This document shows positions 19,865 through 30,659 of a DNA stretch of 64,000 bases, in pieces. A program made the translations under genes and the position numbers. Source of the DNA: an uncultured Planctomycetota bacterium (GTDB taxonomy: Bacteria > Planctomycetota > Planctomycetia > Gemmatales > Gemmataceae); assembly GCA_963849325.1 (NCBI GenBank), contig CAWKHF010000007.1:352001-416000 (forward strand), given 5' to 3'. How positions within the stretch are numbered: the first letter of the stretch is position 1; each line of letters opens with the position of its first letter. The notes under the pieces were generated by a model that did no database searches, had not been told where the DNA came from, and saw only the letters and a program-made list of their open reading frames with translations.

Positions 19865-21682
19865 TCAGACCAGGTTCGCCTGGAGGTCGGTGGGAAGCGC
19901 CATCTCCTCTGCCGACTGCGACCAGCCCAGGCAGCCGCGGACCACGTCGTAGAAGCCGCTTCGCCGTACGTCCTGACCCTGCAGCCGACTCGCCAGTAGG
20001 TCCGCCCCCACTAGCCCCTCGCTGAGTGTGAAGATCCCATCGGTGAAGACCAGATCGTAATTCCCCCAACGGCTGCGATACAGCCCCTTGCGGTCCCAAC
20101 GCACGGCCGAGTCAAAGGCCTCCACGAACCCGAACAAGGGGAAGAGGCTCCCGTACAGCCGGGCCAGGTCGCAACAAACCGCCGCGAAGTCGGTAATTGT
20201 TGCCCCATGCCAGGCGGTTCGCAGCGGGTGCGGGATCAGACCGAAGAGGTTTGAGATGCCCAGACGGGTCGGTCCCTTGAAGCGGGCCAAGCTGATGAGT
20301 GGGATGCCGCGATGTTCCATCAGCACCGAAGGCACAAAAGACGCCAATTCCGGATTCTGGAGCACGACGTCCCCGAGGGCGACCTGGACCTCCTCGGCCG
20401 GGGCACACGCGCCGTCCCACCACGCCTCGGTGATGTTCAGGTATTGCGCCCTGTGCCGGGCCATCACCTCCGCCAGCCCCGTCCGCCGCAGGAATTCGGC
20501 ATCCTGCTGGCGGATCCAGGGGCGATGTTTTTCGGCATCGGTCTCCCAGTCGATGTCCAGTCCGCCCACGTTGCGGCTACTCGTATGTCCCTCCAGCACG
20601 ACCGCCGGTCCCGGCAGCGCACCGAGCAGGAGATCCAAGGCGGCCGATCCGGTGTACGTTCCTTGCGCGTAACCGTGCCAGGTCACTTTCACCAGATAGC
20701 GTTCGGCGCGGGGAAGTATCCGCGAGAGGAGTTGGGCCAGTGGGGGAGTTTCCCGAGCACGTCCGAGCAACGCGGCCGGCGGTGGGATGGCCGCTTCGCT
20801 CACCGGCACCCAATCCTCACCGGACCAAATCCCGGCCAGAGACGATGGAGACTGGTATTTGGCAGAGGGAATACGCACGGCCTGGCGGGCGCGCTTGTCT
20901 TGCCAAAGGCGGAGGAGACGCTGTTCGAGCCAGGCCAATAACGCGGGGTGATCCCGCGGCGGGTCGAGTTGGCACCATCCGGCCGATTCCGGATACGCCC
21001 GCTGGTGGTCGGCAAGCATCACGGCGGCATAGTCGGTCAGCTCTCCCTCCCACGGACACTGCGGTACGAGAACCCACGCACGCGGTTCGCTCAGGCACCG
21101 CTTCAAGACGGTCGGGAGAAAGGGCTGCGTGTGGCGGACGAAGCCGACCTCGGCCCAGCTTAATCCGGCCTGCTCCCAAAGCAGGCGCATCAAGCGGTAG
21201 GAGTCGGCACGGGTCGCAGGGTCGCCCCTCCCGTCGGCGACCAGAAGTAGTCCGGCCTGCTGCGGTGGGATACGCCGCTCTTCCAGCGCTTGCAGGATTT
21301 GGCCCGCGAAGCACTCGACGAGGAAAGGGTGCGTGGGATCGACGGTGTCGTGGTGAATGGAAACCGTGGCATGGCGGCGGCGCGCCGCGCTCAACTCCTC
21401 GCCGAGCAGCGTTCGCTGCCAGACATTCAAGTCGAACGCGGCGGGCAAGACGAAGAGTTCGGAGGTCTCGTCTTGGACGCTTCGATCGATCGCCCGGCCG
21501 ATGTGATACTCGCCGGGATCTTCCATCGAATGCAACGGCAAGCAGGCTAGGCCGACCTGTGCCGTCATGCCGAAGGTGCGAGCCGCGAACGCCTGAAGTC
21601 CCGCGGCCTGGGCCTCCGCACGCGCCCAGGCCGCATCTGTCGGCCGAAGGTCGGTCGCGATGATAAAGACGGCCCCCGCCAT
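19865..21682 (-). CDS. Uncharacterised fusion: degenerate CbiX/SirB chelatase-like N-terminal half plus DUF362-like C-terminal half
   Basis: LLLVADGRGDP...RLLWEQAGLSWAEVGFV..TQP resembles the second CbiX repeat. YLVKVTW and LISLARFK...LGISNLFGLIP resemble DUF362 motifs. Confidence 0.6.
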   Translation of the reverse strand: MAGAVFIIATDLRPTDAAWARAEAQAAGLQAFAARTFGMTAQVGLACLPLHSMEDPGEYHIGRAIDRSVQDETSELFVLPAAFDLNVWQRTLLGEELSAARRRHATVSIHHDTVDPTHPFLVECFAGQILQALEERRIPPQQAGLLLVADGRGDPATRADSYRLMRLLWEQAGLSWAEVGFVRHTQPFLPTVLKRCLSEPRAWVLVPQCPWEGELTDYAAVMLADHQRAYPESAGWCQLDPPRDHPALLAWLEQRLLRLWQDKRARQAVRIPSAKYQSPSSLAGIWSGEDWVPVSEAAIPPPAALLGRARETPPLAQLLSRILPRAERYLVKVTWHGYAQGTYTGSAALDLLLGALPGPAVVLEGHTSSRNVGGLDIDWETDAEKHRPWIRQQDAEFLRRTGLAEVMARHRAQYLNITEAWWDGACAPAEEVQVALGDVVLQNPELASFVPSVLMEHRGIPLISLARFKGPTRLGISNLFGLIPHPLRTAWHGATITDFAAVCCDLARLYGSLFPLFGFVEAFDSAVRWDRKGLYRSRWGNYDLVFTDGIFTLSEGLVGADLLASRLQGQDVRRSGFYDVVRGCLGWSQSAEEMALPTDLQANLV

Positions 21683-21693
21683 GTCCCACCCGC

Positions 21694-23007
21694 TCAGATT
21701 TTCAGTCGGCCACCGATACGGTTGTTCTTCACCATCACGGCGAGTGTGTCCACCATCACCCGTGCTCCCAAGAGGGAAGTTATGTCCGCGCTATCGTAAG
21801 GCGGCGACACCTCGACGACCTCCATGGCGACGATCCCTTCCTTCACGACCCCCTCGACAAGCTTGAGCGCCTCGCGGGGGAGGAAGCCGCCCGGCTCGGG
21901 CCAGCCCGTCCCGGGGACGAACCCGGAATCGACCACGTCGATGTCGAACGACAGGAAGACGGCCTTGGCCCCCTTCCACGCCACCTCCAGGGCGATCTCG
22001 ACGGTCTTGTCGATCCCGATTTTCTCGATGTCGTTGACGGTCAGGATTGTCGTGCCGCGCTCTCGGCCCACTTTCACGCCGGCGCGGGGCACCTGCCAGC
22101 CGCCGATCCCCAACTGCACCAGGTTCTTCGGCGGGCAGTTCTTGATGTTCGTGGCGTGGAACCACGGGCAGGTGTGCATGATCTCGTCCATGTCCTTTTC
22201 CTGCGTGTCCACATGCCGGTCGAAGTGGATGATCCCGACGTTGCCGTCCACGCACTGGGCCACGGCGCGGGCGTTGGGATAACCGATCGAGTGGTCTCCG
22301 CCCATGATCATCGGGAGCGTGCCGTGCGAGAGGATGTGGGCGATGCCCTTGGTTATCTGGTCGTGGCCCTTGGTGATGTTCGAGGGGCAGAAGATATCGC
22401 CGACGTCGCACATGGCGAGCGACTCGCTCAGATCGACTCCGTGCTCGTAGCTGTACTTCTGGTATAGCGCCGAGATGCGCCGAATCCCCTGCGGTCCAAA
22501 CCGCGTCCCGGTGCGGAAGGTGCAGCCGATGTCGAATGGCACGCCCACAAACGCAACGTCGTACTCGCCTACCTTCCGAACGTCTTCGAGGTAGGGCGCC
22601 CTCAGGAACGTGTTGATCCCCGACCAGTGCGGCAGGCTGCCGCGCTGGAAGCAACTGAACTCGGTCTTGTCCTGGATCGAATCGACCGGGTCGAGGCCCA
22701 GTTCCTTGATCCGTTTGATCTCCTTCTTGTAGTACTCCGAAGGCAGCGCAGCCTCGGCCTTTTGATACTTCATGCCTTCGTACGCGCTCAGATCGGGGAG
22801 CGCGTGGTCGTGTTCCCGCAGCTTCGGCGCATGCCGCTTGTAGAGGTGGCTGGCGGAGCCTTTCGCGGGCGACTCCTCGGTTTTCGGCTGCTCCCCGGAA
22901 GCCCCCTGGAGTTCCAGGGCCCCCATCCCGGCCGCAGCCACGGCTGCACCAAGAAACTCGCGACGCTGCATCTCTTCCGGGTGCTTTTTGTCACTCATAA
23001 CTGCCAT
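21694..23007 (-). CDS. gdmH: Ureohydrolase of the guanidine hydrolase (GdmH/Sll1077) type with a putative Tat signal
   Basis: LPHWSGINTFLRAPYLEDV, GTRFGPQGIRRISALY, GGDHSI, HFDRHVD, MHTCPWFHATN, GIGGWQVPR and SFDID...PGTGWPEPGG closely match the Synechocystis GdmH sequence as recalled. The N-terminus carries QRREFLG. Confidence 0.8.
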   Translation of the reverse strand: MAVMSDKKHPEEMQRREFLGAAVAAAGMGALELQGASGEQPKTEESPAKGSASHLYKRHAPKLREHDHALPDLSAYEGMKYQKAEAALPSEYYKKEIKRIKELGLDPVDSIQDKTEFSCFQRGSLPHWSGINTFLRAPYLEDVRKVGEYDVAFVGVPFDIGCTFRTGTRFGPQGIRRISALYQKYSYEHGVDLSESLAMCDVGDIFCPSNITKGHDQITKGIAHILSHGTLPMIMGGDHSIGYPNARAVAQCVDGNVGIIHFDRHVDTQEKDMDEIMHTCPWFHATNIKNCPPKNLVQLGIGGWQVPRAGVKVGRERGTTILTVNDIEKIGIDKTVEIALEVAWKGAKAVFLSFDIDVVDSGFVPGTGWPEPGGFLPREALKLVEGVVKEGIVAMEVVEVSPPYDSADITSLLGARVMVDTLAVMVKNNRIGGRLKI

Positions 23008-23354
23008 CCTTTCGCGAAATGAGCTTCGATTGCGGAACTACGGACGCGATGAGATCTGTTATCAGGAACCGTTCATTGAGGCCGATCCAGCTTGGCCGTC
23101 AAAGACAGGGCAGTTTCCCAGGAGAGGGGGGAATGGCGGATAGACCTCTGCTGGACGAAACCGCTGTTATCTCCGAAAGAGCTTTGCTAGTGGACCTCTC
23201 GGCTCCGTCATTCTACTGCTCAGCTCCTTCACGACAACGGCCTCCTTGCCTTTTTCACACGGTCCTCACGCGGTCCTGACTATTATCCTGCCGACGCGAC
23301 GCGTAGTTTTGCTCGGTCTTCCTCCTTCGCCTCGCCAGTCGCACCCTCCCTTGC

Positions 23355-24015
23355 GTAATCGCTCACTGCCCATTTGAAGGTCAGGCGGCATGAGCGTCAC
23401 TTGGCAGGGGTAACAACGATGGCATGATGCGCCCTTCGGCGGTAGCGGCCATGCAGGTCGTCAGAAATTCCCCCACACTCCGACCCTGCTGACGGCACGT
23501 CTCCACCACCGACCAGATACATCCCAGGTATTCCGAACCCACCACACTTTTGGGACCGTGGCTCTGCTTCCGCCACAACACCCCATGACGCAAGGCACGC
23601 TCCGCCGCGTTGTTGGTCGGCTCGACACCATCGACGAACGCGAACAAAAACATCGACGCCTCCCCACGCAGCAGTTCGCGGCACGTTCCCGCCGTCTTAG
23701 CGCAGCCGCACACCGACCCCCGCTCCAAGACGGCACAGAAGCGCACACGAAACTCTCTTTGGGCGTGCAACCGGCCCGCGAAACGCACCTTCGTCAGCGT
23801 CCCGTCCCGTACACGCTTCCACCAACCCAACATCTGATCCGACATCGCCAACAGCTCCTTACCAATCGCCGATCCCGCGTTGTTCCGATCCACCATTGCC
23901 TGAAAATCTCGACGCAGGTGCGACCAACACCATTGATGTCGTTCTTCGACCAAGTGGCTGTATATGCTGTGTCGGTCGCTGGTCAGTCCGCGGTCCTTGC
24001 CAACCTCCTCTCCGC
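23355..24015 (-). mobile_element. Truncated IS66-family element (C-terminal transposase fragment plus right end)
   Basis: The frame reads TSDRHSIY, QWCWSHLRRDF, PTNNAAERALR and ETCRQQG, with a stop at 23381. The terminus GTAATCGCTCAC at 23355 fits IS66 GTAA ends. The 5' boundary is approximate. Confidence 0.85.
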
Positions 24016-24181
24016 CCAGGCAAGGTGACAGACAGATGGAGAGGGACGGACAGCAGCTACCCGAAACGATTCGCGCACCCTGGAAGCACCGTCTGGAGTA
24101 GGAGTCACTAGAATGGGTACACTGCGCGCATCGGTACCAAAGTGGACTCGTCCTCTAGCTGCTTCTTCCGGAGTGGACCCC

Positions 24182-27160
24182 ATGCCGTCCCCCTCGCCAG
24201 GCGAACGCCGCCGCCCCTTTGCCGTGTCGGTGTTGCCGCTAACGGTCGTGGCCGGATTCGTCGCCTGGCTCGCTTCAACCGCGGCGGGACCGCCCAGGCC
24301 CACGGAACCTCGCCCCGCGAAGTTGGTTCGGACGCCTTGGACTACCTCCCGAGTCGTGGGCTCTCCGGACCCGCCGCCTCCCTTTAAGGTGGTTCGGGCA
24401 TTCCCCAATCTGAAGTTCAAGCATCCCTTGCTCCTCGCTCGCTGTCCGGGAAGCGATCGGCTCTTCGTCGGCGAGCAGGCCGGCGTGCTGTATTCGTTCC
24501 CCAACAAGCCGGACGCCAGGGCCGACCTCTTTTTCGACCTGCGCAAGGAACTCAAGACGATTCACCTGCTCGCCGGGGCGAAGGAGGTCGAGGCGGTCTA
24601 CGGGCTGGCCTTCCACCCCGATTTCGAGAAGAACCGCCAGTGCTTCGTCTGTTACACCCTGCGGAGCAAGAAGCCCGGCCAGCAGAACCTGACGGATGGG
24701 ACACGGGTGTCTCGGTTCACCGTCACCCGGACGGACCCGCCGCGGATCGACCCGTCGAGCGAGGAGATCGTGCTCACCTTCCTCCAGGGCGGGCACAACG
24801 GCGGGGACATCCACTTCGGCCCCGACCGCATGCTCTACATCTCGACCGGCGACGCGGGGAACCCGAACCCGCCCGACCCGTTCAACACGGGGCAGGACAT
24901 CTCCGACCTCCTCTGCTCCATCCTGCGGATCGACGTGGACCAGAAGGACGAGGGCAAGAACTACGCCGTCCCCAAGGACAACCCGTTCGTCGGGATGAAG
25001 GGAGCGCGGCCGGAGGTCTGGGCTTACGGCTTCCGCAACCCCTGGCGGATGGGCTTCGATCGCCAGACCGGCGAGTTGTTCGTCGGCGACGTCGGCTGGG
25101 AGCTGTGGGAGTCGGTCCATCGCGTCGAGAAGGGCGGCAACTACGGTTGGTCGGCCATGGAGGGGCCGCAGCCCATCAAGCCGGAGAAGGTCGGGCCGAC
25201 GCCGATCCATCCGCCGCTGATCGAACTGCCGCACACGATCGCTTGCAGCGTCACCGGCGGCCTCGTCTACCGCGGCAAGAAGTTCCCCGAGCTGCGCGGG
25301 GCCTACATCTTCGGCGACTGGGAAACCCGCCGACTGTGGGCCGCTCGCTTCGAGGGCGACCGTACCAAGGAGATGCCGGAGATCGCGCGGCCCGTCGGTT
25401 CGCATCGTCGCCTTCGGCGAGGACAGGGAGGGCGAACTGTACTTCCTCGACTACGACGGCGGCACGCTCCACACCCTCGAGCGCAACGACGCCGCCGCCA
25501 CGAACGCCGACTTCCCGACGAAGCTGTCCGAGACCGGCTTGTTCGCTTCGGTAAAGGACCAGACGCCGGCGGCCGGAGTGGTCCCGTTCGCGGTCAACAG
25601 CCGGCAATGGCAGGACGGTGCGACGGCGGAACACTGGGTCGCCTTCCCGGGCCTGTCGTCCGCCACCCTCTACGCAACCGGCAAGCCGATCCCCGGCAAC
25701 GTGGACTGGCATAACTTCCGCATGCACTTCCCCAAGGACGCGGTGCTGGTGAAGACCATCTCCCTGGGCGGCCGGCGGCTGGAGACGCAACTGCTGCACT
25801 TCGACGGCGTGGACTGGCACGCTTACACGTTCGCCTGGCGGGACGATCAAGCGGACGCCGACCTGGTCCCCGCCGAGGGCGCCGAGAAGGAAGTGCCGGA
25901 TGGGAAACGACAGCGCGTGTGGCAGTTCCACAGCCGCAGCCAGTGCATGTCGTGCCACAGCAGTTGGTCGGAATACGCCCTGGCGTTCCAGCCCGAGCAG
26001 TTGAACCGGATGGCAGCCGACGGACGCAACCAGCTCGTCGCCTTCACGGAGGCGGGACTCATCCGCCGGGCCGGAAAGGACGGGAAGCCGCTGCCGCCGT
26101 TCGACGCCGCCTCCGTCGCACGAGAACGAAAGCTCGCCGACCCGGCCGACGCGGACCAGCCGCTGGAGGCGCGGGCGCGCGCCTATCTCCACGCCAACTG
26201 CGGCCACTGCCATTCCGATGGCGGCGGCGGCTCCGTCAACTTGCGGCTCCAGTTTCCGGTCTCGGTCGCCGAGATGAAGGCGGTCGGCGTCCGTCCCACG
26301 CGCGGCGACTTCGGCCTGCCGGATGCGTGCATCATCAAGCCGGGCGATCCGTACGCGAGCACCCTGTACTTCCGCATGGCCAAGTTCGGCCGCGATCGGA
26401 TGCCGCACATCGGCTCCGAACGGCCGGACGAAGCGGGGTTGAAGCTCATCGAGGACTGGATCGCCGGCATGAGCGGAGACGCGGCAAAGACGGGACCTTC
26501 ACGGGAAAGCGGACCGCCGGAGGAGTTGCTGGCCAACCCGAAGTCCGCGCTGGTTGTCGCCCGCCAGCTGGGGCGCGGCGAGATGAAGCCGGCCGAGCGG
26601 GACGCAGTTGCTGGCCGCGGCGGCCAAGCTCCCGGCCGGCCCGGTGCGCGATCTGTTCGAGGGCTACCTGCCCTCGGACGAGAAGGGGGGGCGGAAGCTC
26701 GGCTCCAATCCGCGGCCCCGGACCATTTTGGCCCTACAAGGGCGACGCCGGTCGAGGCGAGAAGCTGTTCTGGTCGCCGGCGCTCAACTGCGGCAGCTGC
26801 CACAAGATCGGCGACCGGGGGACAGTCGGTCGGGCCGGACCTGTCGAGCCATCGGGAAACTCCGTCCGCGTGAAGAACTGCTGGAGAGCATCCTGGAGCC
26901 GTCGCGCCGGATCGAGCCGAAGTACGCCACCTACGTCGCCCAGACGGCCGACGGCCGTTCGATTCACCGGTCTGCTGGTCAAGCGCGACGAGAAAGAGGT
27001 GGTGCTGCGCGACGGCCAGAACAAGGAGATCGTTCTCGCGGCCAAAAACGTGGAGGCGCTGCAGCCGTCGCGGACGTCGCTGATGCCCGACGGACAGCTG
27101 GCCGGCCTGACCGCCCAGGAAGCGGCCGACCTGCTCGAATACCTCGCTACCCGCAAATGA
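24182..27160 (+). CDS. Glucose/sorbosone (PQQ-type) dehydrogenase beta-propeller fused to cytochrome c domains; several frameshifts
   Basis: Motifs HNGG, LYISTGD, YGFRNPWR and GGNYGW. Three CxxCH motifs (CMSCH, CGHCH, CGSCH) lie in successive frames. The C-terminus reads SLMP...DLLEYL. Confidence 0.8.
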
Positions 27161-27247
27161 GAGGAAGCGCAAGACCTTCCGGCACCTGGTCCGGATGACG
27201 GCGAATCATCCGCTCGCCACCTTCCCATTCGACGGAGAGCATTCCTC

Positions 27248-30200
27248 GTGATTTCGCACTTTTTCATCGATCGGCCGATCTTCGCCTCCGTGCTGTCCAT
27301 CGTCATCACCCTGGCGGGAGGCGTGGCCGTGCTGGGCCTGCCGGTGGCGCAGTATCCCGAGGTGACGCCGCCGACCGTGCTGGTGACGGCCGTCTATCCG
27401 GGGGCCAACGCCCAGACCGTGCGCGACACCGTGGCCGCTCCCATCGAGGCCCAGGTCAGCGGCGTCGAGAACATGCTGTACATGTCGTCGCAATGCACCA
27501 ACGACGGCGCCTACAACCTGACGGTGACGTTCAAAATGGGCATGGACTCGGACATGGCCCAGGTGCTGGTGCAGAACCGCGTGTCGCTGGCCCTGCCAGT
27601 CATTCCGTCGCTGGTGCAGCGCGAGGGCATTAACGTCCGCAAGATGTCGCCCAACACCATGATGATCGTCAACCTGGTCTCGCCCGACGGCACCTACGGC
27701 GACGTTTTCCTCAGCAACTACGCCACCATCGAGATCAAGGACGAGCTGGGCCGGCTGCCCGGCGTGGCCGGCATCACCTATCTCGGCCAGCGCGATTACA
27801 GCATGCGCGCCTGGCTCGACCCGGAAAAAATGGCGGTCGCTCAATCTCAGCGCCATGGACGTGGTCAACGCCGTCAGCTCGCAAAACTTGCAGGTCGCCG
27901 CCGGCATGATCGGCCAGCAGCCGGTCCCCCGCGGCCAGCAGTTCCAGCTGACCATCAACACCCTCGGCCGGCTTCGAGACACCGAGCAGTTCGGCGACAT
28001 CATCCTCAAGGTCAGCCAGACCAGCACCAGTTCGGCGTCGTCCGACCAGGGCGATTCGACGGGTGGCTCGAGTGGCACGTCCTCGACGTCCGGTTCCGGT
28101 GCGTCGTCGGGCAATCCCACCTTGCAGGGCCAGGGCGGGCAGTCGGCGCCGGCACAGGCGACCAGCGTCGTCCGCCTGCGCGACGTGGCGACCGTCGAGC
28201 TGGAATCGCAGCAGTACGACCAATCGTGTACCCTCGACGGCCGGCCGTCGGTGGCCCTGTCGATCTTCCAACTGCCTGGCTCCAACGCCCTGGACACCGC
28301 GCACGGCGTGTACGCCAAGATGGAGGAGCTGAAGAAACGCTTCCCCGAGGGACTGGATTACGAGATCGTTTACGATACCACGCCCTTTATCAGCCAGTCG
28401 ATCCACGAGGTCTTCAATACGCTGCGCGACGCGGTGATCCTCGTCGCCATCGTGGTGCTGGCCTTCCTGCAAAACTGGCGAGCGGCGCTGATCCCGCTGG
28501 TGGCCGTGCCCGTCGCCATCGTCGGCACCTTCGCCGTCATGGCGGCGCTGGGCTTCTCGCTGAACAACCTGTCGCTGTTCGGCCTGGTGCTGGCCATCGG
28601 CATCGTGGTGGACGATGCCATTGTCGTCGTCGAGAACGTCGAGCGCTGGCTGGAGCACGGCTTGCAGCCCCGCGAAGCAGCGCGGCGAGCGATGGATGAG
28701 GTGACGGGGCCGGTCATCGCCGTCGCCCTGGTGCTGTGTGCCGTGTTCGTGCCGTGCGCCTTCATCGGCGGCATCACCGGCCAGTTCTTCCGCCAGTTCG
28801 CCGTCACCATCGCCGTTTCCACGGTGATCTCGGCGTTCAACTCGCTGACCTTGAGTCCGGCGCTGGCCGCTATCCTGCTCAAGCCGCGCGGGGCGGCCCG
28901 CGACGTGCTGACCATACTGCTGGACGTGGCGCTGGGCTGGTTCTTCCGTCTCTTCAACCTCACTTTCAACGCCGGCACCGCCGTTTACACGCGGATGGTC
29001 GGCGGCCTGCTGCGCATCAGCTTGATCGCCCTGCTCGTCTACGGCGGCCTGCTGGTGCTGACCTACTGGGAGTTCAACCGCGCTCCGACCGGCTTCATCC
29101 CGCAGCAGGACAAGGGTTATCTGCTTCTCAACGTGCAGCTGCCGGACTCCGCCTCGGTCGAGCGGACGCGGCGTTTGATGGCCCGCATCGAGACGCTGGC
29201 CCGCCAGACGCCGGGCGTGGCGCACACGGTCGGCATCTCCGGCCAATCGCTGATCCTCGGCGCCAATGCGCCGAACCTCGGCTCGATGTACGTCATGCTC
29301 AAGCCGTTCGAGGAGCGGCGCGGCGCCGACCAGACGCGCCGACGCCATCGCGGCCACGCTTCGCCAGCGCTGTCGCAAGGAGGTGCGCGGGGCGATGGTG
29401 ACGGCCTTCGGCGCGCCGCCGATCGAAGGTCTGGGCACGACCGGCGGCTTCAAGCTGGTCATCGAGGACCGCGGCAACCTCGGCCTGGACGAGCTGCAGC
29501 GCGTTAGCGACCGCATCGTCGGCGCGCGGCAACGCCACGCCGGGTTTGCAGGGTCTGTTCAACAGCTCGCGCTCGAACACGCCCTGGCTGTACCTCGACA
29601 TCGACCGTACCAAGTGCCTGTCCCTGGGCGTGCCGCTGGACGAGGTCTTCAATACGCTGCAAGTCAACCTCGGATCGTACTACGTCAACAACTTCAACGA
29701 GTTCGGCCGGACCTGGCAAGTCAATCTCCAGGCCGATCCGCGCTTCCGCGACAAGGTCCAGAGAATTCGCCAACTCCAGGTGCGCAACAACCAGGGGCAG
29801 ATGATCCTGCTGGGCACGATCCTGTCGGTGCGCGACACGAGCGGCCCGGTGAGCGTCATGAGCTACAACCTGTATTCCGCCGCCGCCATCACCGGCAACA
29901 CGCGGCCCGGCACCAGCTCGGGGCAGGCCGTCGCCCTGATGAGGGAGATCGCCGAGAAAGAGCTGCCGCACGCGATGGCCTACGACTGGACGGAGCTGAC
30001 CTACATGCAGCTCCAGGCCGGCAGCACGGCCATGTATGTCGTTCGCCCTGGCCGTGGTGTTCGTGTTCCTGGTTCTGGCGGCGCAGTACGAGAGCTGGAA
30101 ACTGCCGTTGGCCGTCATCCTGGTGGTGCCGATGTGTCTGCTCTGCTCCGTCGTCGGCGTGGTCGTGGCGCGGATGGACGTGACCATCTTCACGCAGATC

Positions 30201-30627
30201 GGCTTCGTGGTGCTGGTCGGCCTGGCCAGCAAGAATGCCATCCTCATCGTCGAGTTCGCCAAGCAGCAGCAGCGACGCCGGCGTACCACGGCGGCAGGCG
30301 ACCCTGGAGGCATCGCGGCTGCGTCTGCGGCCGATCCTGATGACGTCGTTCGCCTTCATTCTCGGCGTCGTGCCGCTGGTGATCGCCGAGGGCGCCGGCG
30401 CCGAGATGCGGCGCTCGCTGGGCACGGCGGTGTTCAGCGGCATGTTGGGCGTGACGCTGTTCGGCATCTTTCTGACGCCGGTGTTCTTCTACGTCCTGCA
30501 GGGGTTCGGACGTCAGCCGCCCGGCGACGCGAGGCCAGCCGCTCCTCCTCCGCCCGAGGGGCGTCCTCCGCGCCCGGCCGGTCACGAAACCGGCATCCAG
30601 GTGCGGCCGGACACACCACACGCTTGA
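27248..30627 (+). CDS. RND efflux transporter permease (AcrB/HAE1 family); several frameshifts
   Basis: Motifs FFIDRPIFA, LPVAQYP, GIVVDDAIVVVENVER, FIPQQDKG, ASKNAILIVEFAK and RLRPILMTS across ORFs 27248, 27855, 29266, 29546, 30036 and 30235. Confidence 0.92.
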
Positions 30628-30659
30628 GAGGCAGCCGGTCATTTCCGTGAGGGTGGTTC

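Noticed and set aside
21694-23007. Annotation as plain agmatinase (speB)
   Set aside because: The motifs HFDRHVD, MHTCPWF and GWPEPGG fit the GdmH branch rather than the canonical DAHxD/HGT agmatinase pattern.
23008-23354. Guanidine (class I, II or III) or NiCo riboswitch upstream of the guanidinase
   Set aside because: I found no CTAGGGTTCC...GGATAAAAGCCCGGGAG pattern and no paired ACGR-loop hairpins on the minus strand. A CTGAGCAG...AACAG stretch near 23163-23223 faintly recalls NiCo but lacks other conserved positions. An Infernal/Rfam scan would decide.
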